DNA of 46,730 nucleotides from a bacterium (GTDB lineage: Bacteria > RUG730), in assembly GCA_031551405.1 (NCBI GenBank), contig JAVBNQ010000012.1:1-46730 (forward strand), written 5' to 3'. Within the stretch, counting starts at the first letter, position 1. Every line of letters starts with the position of its first letter. The translations under genes were made by a program, and so were the position numbers. The notes beneath the pieces are model-generated. The model was not told where the DNA came from. It was given only the letters and a program-made list of their open reading frames with translations, and did no database searches. Of the stretch, positions 38,855-46,730 are shown one piece after another.

Positions 38855-38877
38855 TTTTCACCTCTTTTTTGGTTTTT

Positions 38878-40959
38878 TTATGCTTTCAGAAAATCTATTT
38901 TTTCGCCGTATTTTGCCTCGATTTCTTGATTGATTTTGGCTAATTCTGCTGGCTTGTAATTTTTGATTTCCGTGAAAAAAGTTTTTGCTTCATCTCGCGC
39001 GAGTTCAATTATCTCGAGATCTTTCGTAATATCGCCTATTCCCAGGTTTAAAAATCCATGTTGATTTTTCCCGAGAAATTCGCCCGGACCGCGCAATTTG
39101 AGGTCCGTTTCAGCCAATAAAAATCCGTCGTTAGTTTTAGTCATAATTTCAAGCCTTTGCCTTGAGATTTGTCCCAATTTTTCCGGGACGAGGAAGCAAA
39201 AACTTTCGTGAACGCTTCGTCCGACGCGGCCTCGCAATTGATGCAATGTCGAGAGTCCGAATCTTTCCGCATTCTCAATAATCATAACGGTTGCATTCGG
39301 AATATTGACGCCAACCTCGACGACTGTTGTCGCTACTAACGCCTTAATTTTATTTTCCGAAAAACTTTGCATTACAGCGTCTTTTTCACTCTGCTTCATT
39401 TTTCCATGCAGTAGTCCAATTTCAATATTTTTATCGTCAAAGTACGTTTTTTTCAAGTCTTCGAACATGGCTTTTGCGGCTTTCAGCTCGAGTTTATTTT
39501 CCTCGTCGACGGCTGGATAAATTATAAAACCTTGATGTCCGCGTTTTATTTCGTTGATCAAAAACTCAATCGCTTTTCTTTGCGCCGTCACAAAAGTTTT
39601 GACAGGATTACGTCCTTCAGGCAGCGATTTTATCGTCGACAAATCCAAATCCCCGTAAATAGACATTGCCAAAGTCCGAGGGATCGGAGTCGCAGTCATG
39701 AACAAAATATCCGGATTTTCCGCTTTTTCTCGCAAAAGCAGTCTTTCCCTTACGCCAAATTTATGTTGCTCGTCGATTACGATTAACTTTAAGTCGTGAA
39801 ATTTTACCGCTTCGCTAAAAACTGCGTGTGTTCCAATGACAATATCAATCTCACCTTTCGCTATTTTTTCTTTTAAAAGAGTTTTGTTTTTTTTCGTCAA
39901 ACTCCCGGTCAACAGCTCAATTCGCAAGCCTAAATTTCCCGTCAGATTCGCCAGAGTCTCAAAGTGCTGTTTTGCCAGAACTTCCGTCGGCGCCATAAAA
40001 ACCGTCTGAAACTCATTTTCGCAGGCGAGAAGAATTGCTGGAAGCGCAACCACAGTTTTACCACTTCCAACATCGCCTTGCAAAAGCCTGTTCATTGGCT
40101 CTTTTGACATCAAATCTTCAAAAATTTCATTAATCGCTTTTTTTTGGTCTCGAGTGAATGTAAATTGCAAATTTTTTTTGAAAGGCTCAAGCAAATTTTT
40201 TTTGAGAATATAATTTTGAGTTTTTTGAGTTTTTTTTATTTTAGAATATTCTTTCATCAGGATGATTTCCAGCAAAAAAAACTCGTTGAAAGCAAGCCGA
40301 AAATATGCTTTTTGTTGCTCCTCTTCAGATGTCGAAAAATGTATTTTTTTTAAAGCCTCACCAAAAGACATTAATTCATATTTTTCGCAGATTTTTTTCG
40401 GGAGGAATTCCGTGATTTCAAAATTCGGATCATTCAAAACTTGGTGCTGGCATTTCAATATAAACTTCGAGTCAAGTTTTTCCGTCGCGTTATAAATTGG
40501 GATTATTCGATTAGAAAAAAGTGGCGCGGAATTTTCGTCATAAATTTCGTAATCCGAGACTATGAATCCACCAAAAGTATTCTCGCCGGTCAAAAAAACA
40601 AAATTTTCTTTTTTTAAGTCTTTTTTGAGATAAAAAAGTACGTCGAATTTCCTGCTTAATTTTCTGAACCATTTTGCGGTCAAAGAACCTGTTTTATCTC
40701 GAACTAACGCCTCAAAAATAACAATATTATTTCGTGTTTTTGTAAGACTTGTTGCTTCTATTTCTGCGAAGATTGTGGTTTTTTCATTAGGAAGTAGATT
40801 GGAAATCGATTTTGTTACACGTCGATCTTCCCAGGTTCGAGGAAAATAAAAAACCAGGTTTTTGATAGAGGTTAGTCCAAGCTCTTGCAAATATTTAAAC
40901 TTTTGCGGACCAACGCCTTTTAGATATTGCAGTGGTGTATTTAAATCGAAATTTTGCAT
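38878..40959 (-). CDS. recG: ATP-dependent DNA helicase RecG
   Basis: LKGVGP, QGDVGSGKT, DEQHKFG, TATPIPR, QLRGRVGR, DLKLRGPGE. Confidence 0.96.
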   Translation of the reverse strand: MQNFDLNTPLQYLKGVGPQKFKYLQELGLTSIKNLVFYFPRTWEDRRVTKSISNLLPNEKTTIFAEIEATSLTKTRNNIVIFEALVRDKTGSLTAKWFRKLSRKFDVLFYLKKDLKKENFVFLTGENTFGGFIVSDYEIYDENSAPLFSNRIIPIYNATEKLDSKFILKCQHQVLNDPNFEITEFLPKKICEKYELMSFGEALKKIHFSTSEEEQQKAYFRLAFNEFFLLEIILMKEYSKIKKTQKTQNYILKKNLLEPFKKNLQFTFTRDQKKAINEIFEDLMSKEPMNRLLQGDVGSGKTVVALPAILLACENEFQTVFMAPTEVLAKQHFETLANLTGNLGLRIELLTGSLTKKNKTLLKEKIAKGEIDIVIGTHAVFSEAVKFHDLKLIVIDEQHKFGVRERLLLREKAENPDILFMTATPIPRTLAMSIYGDLDLSTIKSLPEGRNPVKTFVTAQRKAIEFLINEIKRGHQGFIIYPAVDEENKLELKAAKAMFEDLKKTYFDDKNIEIGLLHGKMKQSEKDAVMQSFSENKIKALVATTVVEVGVNIPNATVMIIENAERFGLSTLHQLRGRVGRSVHESFCFLVPEKLGQISRQRLEIMTKTNDGFLLAETDLKLRGPGEFLGKNQHGFLNLGIGDITKDLEIIELARDEAKTFFTEIKNYKPAELAKINQEIEAKYGEKIDFLKA

Positions 40960-41108
40960 AAGTTTTCCTGGATTTACAATGAAAATCAGACGTTTATAAT
41001 ATCATATTTTTTGAAAAATTAACCGTTTTTTTTAAAATAAAAATCTGGATTTATAAAGATATTTTGTGTATACTTTCAAGCTAAAAATAGGAGTTTTAAA
41101 AGCCAAAA

Positions 41109-42818
41109 ATGCCAAAAAGAACAGATATCCAAAAAATACTGGTGATTGGCTCAGGGCCAATAATCATCGGGCAAGCCTGCGAATTTGATTATTCCGGATC
41201 ACAAGCTTGCAGAGTTTTATCCGACGAAGGCTATAAAGTAATCTTACTCAATTCAAACCCGGCCACAATTATGACGGATCCTGAGATCGCCTACCGAACT
41301 TATATCGAACCAATCAATATTTTTACAGTCGAAAAAATTTTACAGCGCGAAAAACCAGATGTTATTTTGCCAACTCTTGGCGGACAAACTGCTCTGAACG
41401 TAGCAGTTGAATTGCACGAAAAAGGGATTTTGCAAAAATATAACGTAGGTTTAATCGGCGCGAACTATGACGTCATCAAAAAAGCTGAAGATCGCAATAA
41501 ATTTCGAGCGAGTATGCAAAAAATTGGACTTGATCTGCCTGTCAGTGGTTTTGCGTACAACATCGAAGAAGCTGAAAAAATCGCGACGGAGATCGGAACT
41601 TTTCCGCTTATTATTCGGCCGAGTTTTACGCTAGGAGGAACCGGGGGCGGAATCGTTTATAATCGAGAAGAATTTATTGAAAAAGTTAATTATGGGCTAA
41701 AATGTAGTCCTGTTTCCGAAATTTTGATCGAGGAGTCGATTATTGGATGGAAAGAGTATGAGCTCGAGCTTATGCGGGACAAAAATGATAACGTCGTAAT
41801 AATCTGCTCGATTGAAAATATCGACGCAATGGGAGTTCACACCGGAGATAGTATCACGGTTGCTCCGATACAAACTTTGACTGACCAAGAATATCAAAAA
41901 ATGCGCGACGCAGCAATACGAGTAATTCGTGAAATTGGCGTTGAAACTGGCGGATCCAACATTCAGTTTGCAGTAAATCCTGAGACCGGACGTATGGTTG
42001 TGATCGAGATGAATCCGAGGGTTTCGAGAAGTTCAGCGCTAGCGTCTAAAGCTACAGGTTTCCCGATAGCAAAAATAGCTGCAAAACTTTCCGTTGGCTA
42101 TACGCTCGACGAAATCCCAAATGACATCACAAAAGAAACGCCTGCATCCTTTGAACCAACACTGGATTATTGCGTCGTGAAAATCCCGCGTTTTACTTTT
42201 GAAAAATTTAAAGGCGCGGAAGATTTACTCGGTATTTCCATGAAATCCGTTGGGGAAACGATGGCTCTTGGGCGCAATTTCAAAGAAGCTTTCCAAAAAG
42301 GTTTGCGTTCACTAGAGACTGGATGCTCGGGATTTATTTTTGATAAAATCGAAGGCGAGCTACAAAATATTTTGAAAAAACAACAAACCGAACACGAAAG
42401 ATTGGTTTTTGAGGAAGATCTAAAAAATTTGCTCGCAAAACCTTCTTCAAAGAGAATTTTTTACATTCGGTTCGCCCTAAAATTGAAATGGAGCATTGAA
42501 AAAATTCATGAGATTAGCTATATCGACAAATGGTTTTTGTATCAAATGAAAGAAATCGTCGACCTCGAAAATTGCATAGAAGCAGCCGGACTGAAAATAT
42601 TTGAAGATAAAGAGCTCGTAAAAAAAGTTAAACAAAACGGTTTTTCCGATAAACAAATCGGAAATATTCTGCAAATTAGCGAAGATGAAGTCAGAAAAAA
42701 AAGAGAATCACTAAATATTATTCCTGTATATAAAATGGTCGATACTTGCGCTGCAGAATTTCAGGCTTATACGCCATACTACTACTCATCTTATGACGAA
42801 GAAGACGAGTGTTTATGA
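41109..42818 (+). CDS. carB: Carbamoyl-phosphate synthase large subunit, N-terminal half only
   Basis: [17 protein letters not shown], one ATP-grasp plus oligomerisation domain; ends [11 protein letters not shown]...[13 protein letters not shown] at 569 aa. Confidence 0.92.
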   Translation: MPKRTDIQKILVIGSGPIIIGQACEFDYSGSQACRVLSDEGYKVILLNSNPATIMTDPEIAYRTYIEPINIFTVEKILQREKPDVILPTLGGQTALNVAVELHEKGILQKYNVGLIGANYDVIKKAEDRNKFRASMQKIGLDLPVSGFAYNIEEAEKIATEIGTFPLIIRPSFTLGGTGGGIVYNREEFIEKVNYGLKCSPVSEILIEESIIGWKEYELELMRDKNDNVVIICSIENIDAMGVHTGDSITVAPIQTLTDQEYQKMRDAAIRVIREIGVETGGSNIQFAVNPETGRMVVIEMNPRVSRSSALASKATGFPIAKIAAKLSVGYTLDEIPNDITKETPASFEPTLDYCVVKIPRFTFEKFKGAEDLLGISMKSVGETMALGRNFKEAFQKGLRSLETGCSGFIFDKIEGELQNILKKQQTEHERLVFEEDLKNLLAKPSSKRIFYIRFALKLKWSIEKIHEISYIDKWFLYQMKEIVDLENCIEAAGLKIFEDKELVKKVKQNGFSDKQIGNILQISEDEVRKKRESLNIIPVYKMVDTCAAEFQAYTPYYYSSYDEEDECL

Positions 42819-42823
42819 ATTAA

Positions 42824-42967
42824 CTCTAAATCCCGTCATCGTTGTACAAGTTCGTAGACAACTTATTTTTTTGTTTCAAAATTTTTTCCCTATATCGCGA
42901 GCATCGGGGCGTCTTTTTCTTTTCGTCCATTTTGCTTTTGGACGAGCAAAAGAAAATGGACAAACTC
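42824..42967. repeat. Subtype B copy in reverse orientation, core deleted
   Basis: Reverse complement reads GAGTTTGTCCATTTTCTTTTGCTCGTCC...AAAATGGAC...GACGCCCC...GATATAGG, matching 433-512. Confidence 0.8.
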
Positions 42968-43114
42968 AACTAAATGTTAGTATTCTGAAAATTGCAGTCT
43001 TTGCCTAAAAACTTAAATTTTTTACTTTTCTTTCTCTAAAATTTTATAAATCTGTACTTTTACAATCGTCGTGAAATTTAAATACAAACTGCAACAAAAA
43101 ATCACGGAGCTAAA

Positions 43115-44410
43115 ATGAACATTTTAATACTCGGAAGCGGAGCAAGAGAACACGCGATCGTTTGGAAACTGCGGCAATCAAAGTCTGTCTCGAAAATTTT
43201 TGCGATTCCGGGAAATTCCGGCATTTCTCAACTCGCAGAATGCTGTGATGGAAATATTTTAGATTTTGATTTTTTAAACGAATTTGTTGATGCAAAAAAA
43301 ATCGATTTGATTTTTCCAGGTCCGGAAGTTCCAATTGTTGCCGGGCTTGTCGACTATTTCGCGGATAAAAAAGTTTTGGTTTTTGGTCCGGACAAACACG
43401 CAGCTCAGCTCGAAGGAAGTAAAAGTTTTGCTAAAAATATCCTGAAAAAACATAAAATTCCGACTGCTTCGTTTGAAAATTTTTCATCTCGAGATAAAGC
43501 GATTGATTTTATCTCGCGGCAAACAAAATTTCCAATCGTCATAAAAGCCAGTGGACTCGCTCAAGGGAAAGGCGTAATCATAGCCGCAAATCAAGACGAA
43601 GCTAAATCTGCCGTTGACGATATTATGTTGAATAAAGTTTTTGGCGAATCAGGACGTGAAATTGTAATCGAGGAATTTTTGGAAGGATTTGAACTTTCGC
43701 TGCACGTCATAATGAACGAAAATTCTTACAAAATTTTGCCGTTTTCGCAAGATCACAAACAAGTTTTTGATGACGACAAAGGTCCGAATACCGGCGGGAT
43801 GGGAGCTTTTGCGCCGTGCCCGCTAGCGAGTCACGATTTGCAAAACAAAATCACAAGCAAAATTTTAGAGCCATTGTTCGCAGCTTTTAAATACGAAAAT
43901 ATAAATTACAGAGGCGTTTTGTATATTGGACTTATGATTTGCGACGGAGAGCCTTTTGTTTTGGAGTTTAATGTGAGATTTGGCGATCCTGAAACCCAGG
44001 TTTTGCTGCCACTTTTAGATTTTGATTTTCTCGATCTTATTCTTGCTTCGCTCTCAGGAAATCTCGATAAAACCGGTTTTGCTTTAAAAAATAAGTTCGC
44101 GATCGGAATCACGTGTGCAGCAAAAGGTTATCCCGGCGACTACGAAAAAGGCAAAACTATTCGAGGATTGGAATCGATAAAAGATGCAGAAAACGACGAG
44201 ATTTTGGTTTTTCAAGCTGGAGTGAAAATTAACGAAAAAAACGAAACAATCACAAATGGCGGCAGAGTTTTGACTTTTACAGCTCTGGGAAATACTCTGA
44301 AAGATGCAGGTGAAAACGCTTACGAAAATATAAAAAAAATCGGTTTTGAAAACATGCATTTCCGTCGAGATATTGGAAAAAGGAAAGAACTTGAAAAATT
44401 TTGCAAATAA
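43115..44410 (+). CDS. purD: Phosphoribosylamine-glycine ligase
   Basis: GSGAREHA, LEGSK, KASGLAQGKGV, QDHK, GPNTGGMG, RFGDPE, GGRV. Confidence 0.97.
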   Translation: MNILILGSGAREHAIVWKLRQSKSVSKIFAIPGNSGISQLAECCDGNILDFDFLNEFVDAKKIDLIFPGPEVPIVAGLVDYFADKKVLVFGPDKHAAQLEGSKSFAKNILKKHKIPTASFENFSSRDKAIDFISRQTKFPIVIKASGLAQGKGVIIAANQDEAKSAVDDIMLNKVFGESGREIVIEEFLEGFELSLHVIMNENSYKILPFSQDHKQVFDDDKGPNTGGMGAFAPCPLASHDLQNKITSKILEPLFAAFKYENINYRGVLYIGLMICDGEPFVLEFNVRFGDPETQVLLPLLDFDFLDLILASLSGNLDKTGFALKNKFAIGITCAAKGYPGDYEKGKTIRGLESIKDAENDEILVFQAGVKINEKNETITNGGRVLTFTALGNTLKDAGENAYENIKKIGFENMHFRRDIGKRKELEKFCK

Positions 44411-44423
44411 GTTCGGAGTTTGA

Positions 44424-45563
44424 ATGGAAACAAAAATTAAAATAGCACTTGTTTTTGGTACAAGGCCTGAGGCGATAAAGATGGCGCCTCTCGTCATAAA
44501 AATGCGACAGGACAAAAATTTTGACGTAAAAGTGATTGTGACTGCGCAGCATCGTGAAATGCTGGATCAAGTAATGCAAATTTTTGATATAAAAGCTGAC
44601 TATGATTTAAATATCATGAAAAGCTCACAAACTTTGTATGACACGACGATAAATGTTTTGTCCGGAATAGGCGAGATTTTGCAAAAAGAAAAACCAAATC
44701 TTTTGCTTGTTCATGGAGACACGACGACAACTTTTGCGGCTTCTCTGGCGGCTTTTTACGAAAAAGTGCCGGTTGGTCACGTCGAGGCCGGGCTTCGTTC
44801 TTTTGACAAGCAAAACCCATTTCCGGAAGAGATCAATCGAGTTTTGACTGATGGAATCAGCGAACTTTATTTTGCGCCGACGGATTTGTCTGGGAAAAAT
44901 TTGTTGAAAGAAGGGAAAAAAGCAGAAACGATTTTTGTGACAGGAAACACAATTATCGATGCACTTCTATATATTTCAAAAAAAACTTATGCGCCGAAAA
45001 TTTTAGAGAAACTTGACGGCAAAGAATTTATTTTGGCGACGGTTCATAGACGAGAAAATTGGGGCGAGCCTATCAAAAATATTTGCGAGGCTTTTAGTCT
45101 CATCACGCAAAAAACTGATCTCAAGATTTTGTTCCCGGTTCATCCGAATCCAAACATTAAAAATGTCGTCTATGAAATGCTTGGAAATAACGAGAACATA
45201 ATTTTGGCTGAGCCGTTTGAATACGTCGAGCTAGTGTCTATTCTTAAAAAAGCAAAACTTGTTTTGACAGATTCCGGCGGACTTCAAGAAGAAGCGCCGT
45301 CGTTAGGAAAACCGGTTTTAGTCCTAAGAAAAACTACGGAAAGGCCGGAAGCTATTGAGAAGGGAACCGCAAAACTCGTTGGGAATGGAACCTCTGAAAT
45401 CGTATCAGAAGTTTTGAATCTCGTCAATAACGCTGACTTGTACAAAAGAATGGCAAACGCGATTAATCCGTATGGTGATGGAAAAGCTTGTGATCGAATA
45501 ATTAAAGCAATAAAATTTTGGGCAAAACTTCAGAATGCGAGGCCGCAAGATTTTGGAAATTAA
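44424..45563 (+). CDS. wecB: UDP-N-acetylglucosamine 2-epimerase (non-hydrolysing)
   Basis: FGTRPEAIK, HGDT, HVEAGLRS, HRREN, TDSGGLQEEAP, TERPE, PYGDG. Confidence 0.96.
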   Translation: METKIKIALVFGTRPEAIKMAPLVIKMRQDKNFDVKVIVTAQHREMLDQVMQIFDIKADYDLNIMKSSQTLYDTTINVLSGIGEILQKEKPNLLLVHGDTTTTFAASLAAFYEKVPVGHVEAGLRSFDKQNPFPEEINRVLTDGISELYFAPTDLSGKNLLKEGKKAETIFVTGNTIIDALLYISKKTYAPKILEKLDGKEFILATVHRRENWGEPIKNICEAFSLITQKTDLKILFPVHPNPNIKNVVYEMLGNNENIILAEPFEYVELVSILKKAKLVLTDSGGLQEEAPSLGKPVLVLRKTTERPEAIEKGTAKLVGNGTSEIVSEVLNLVNNADLYKRMANAINPYGDGKACDRIIKAIKFWAKLQNARPQDFGN

Positions 45564-45585
45564 TTTTTGGTTTGCTAGGAAAACT

Positions 45586-46545
45586 ATGTTGCAAAAAATT
45601 TTCCTATTTTTTTTGGTTATTCTCACCTTAAAAGCTGCACTTTTTTGTTCCCCATTCCACTCGAAAAACCTACAAAACATAAAAGATTTAATTCACAATC
45701 GCGAGTTTAAAAAAGCAGAAATTCTTGTGCTTGACAATATCCAATGCGATTACAAATTATCGATCAATTATGTTTTTCTTAGCGAACTTTATTTTGAGAA
45801 ACAAGATTATGCCAAGACGAGACAAAGCCTCATAAAAGCCTTAAAACACACAGAAAACAGAAAATTCCGAGCCTTAATCAACAACAAGATTGCTAATGCT
45901 TATTTGGCGCAAAATGAGAAATATTTGGCATTAAATATTTTGAAAGAGGCAATCCTGAAAAATGAGGTAAATTATGAAACATTTGTAAATTGTGGATTTA
46001 TTTATGAGGAACTGGGGGCTTACGAAGATGCAACGCAAATGTACAAACAAGCGTTTGAGATAAATTCCAATGAGATTTATATAAACAAAAAGCTTGGAGT
46101 TTTGGCTGAAGTAAGATTTGATTATGAGGAGGCGATAAAATATTACAAACGAGTTCTAGAAATAAATAAAAATGATTCGCATACTTCTTATAAATTGGCA
46201 TGTTTATATTGTAAAACTAACGAGACCGATAAAGCAGTTTCGATCCTCCTAGATTTGCACAAAAAAATTGTAAATTCTTATTACAGCTTAATTTTGGGAG
46301 ATATTTATTACAGTAAAGATCTTTTTTATGAAAGCGCTAAAGAATATAGAAAATTTGTTTTACATAAGCCAGACGATAAATTCGCGTATCTTTCGTTATA
46401 TTTGGCTTTTTTGAAGTTAAAGGACAAGGAAAAAATTGAACTTGTGAAAAATGAAATTATAAAAAAATTTTCTAACGATATAAAATTTATCGAACAAGTC
46501 AAAAAATTAGAAAATTTTTATTTACTAGATAATTGTGGAACGTGA
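45586..46545 (+). CDS. Exported TPR-repeat protein
   Basis: Signal-like N-terminus and several TPR helix pairs; start set at MLQK behind AGGA. Confidence 0.8.
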   Translation: MLQKIFLFFLVILTLKAALFCSPFHSKNLQNIKDLIHNREFKKAEILVLDNIQCDYKLSINYVFLSELYFEKQDYAKTRQSLIKALKHTENRKFRALINNKIANAYLAQNEKYLALNILKEAILKNEVNYETFVNCGFIYEELGAYEDATQMYKQAFEINSNEIYINKKLGVLAEVRFDYEEAIKYYKRVLEINKNDSHTSYKLACLYCKTNETDKAVSILLDLHKKIVNSYYSLILGDIYYSKDLFYESAKEYRKFVLHKPDDKFAYLSLYLAFLKLKDKEKIELVKNEIIKKFSNDIKFIEQVKKLENFYLLDNCGT

Positions 46546-46546
46546 G

Positions 46547-46590
46547 GAGTTTCTGAGAGGAAATACATTGCCGTATTTCCTCTCAAACTC
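46547..46590. terminator. Hairpin between convergent genes (probable terminator)
   Basis: GAGTTT-ct-GAGAGGAAATAC / GTATTTCCTCTC-AAACTC, 6-nt loop; lacks a clear U-tract. Confidence 0.55.
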
Positions 46591-46596
46591 AAGTGT

Positions 46597-46730
46597 CTAC
46601 GCCGCAGCGCTCAGTTTTTGTAGTGTTTTTTCATTGATTTTATTAGCTTCGATTTCTCTCTTAAATAGCTTCCTTAGCCTGATTCCCATCTCTATCACTT
46701 TCGCTTTTGCAGTTCCTAACATTGTTTCAT
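46597..46730 (-). CDS. 3' end of an unidentified gene entering from the right edge
   Basis: Open frame ...ETMLGTAKAKVIEMGIRLRKLFKREIEANKINEKTLQKLSAAA-stop ending next to the hairpin. Confidence 0.5.
   Translation of the reverse strand, partial: ETMLGTAKAKVIEMGIRLRKLFKREIEANKINEKTLQKLSAAA

Noticed and set aside
46723-46730. TGTTTCAT as a possible second parS half-site
   Set aside because: Cut by the window edge and inside a probable coding frame; cannot be evaluated

Overview
Low-GC chromosomal window from a diderm (LPS-making) bacterium: lpxD, gmhA, GT9 heptosyltransferases and tolC are present. The lineage cannot be fixed from sequence alone; an Elusimicrobiota-like or related candidate phylum is only a guess. 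The window spans the replication origin: dnaA-(inserted GT8 gene)-oriC-dnaN-recF on the minus strand, a near-perfect parS site and tRNA-Gly(GCC). About 40 mostly housekeeping and envelope genes surround it. The main unexplained signal is non-coding. A modular, structured repeat family occurs in four intergenic clusters (1-1300, 4680-5490, 25705-26910, 42824-42967). It has a near-invariant core AAACTCGC-loop-GCTCA(A/T)ACAG, covarying stems and a covarying pseudoknot, and comes in two opposite-orientation subtypes. One cluster is bounded by IS1595/IS1016-like terminal inverted repeats and an 8-bp target duplication but holds no transposase. Other notable items: a shared ECF-sigma-type promoter linking macB to a tolC-macA pair 34 kb away; tandem NrdR boxes over face-to-face nrdR/trxB promoters; a half-size CarB; and a structured dnaN-recF intergenic region. 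All calls were made by eye from motifs; no database searches were run.
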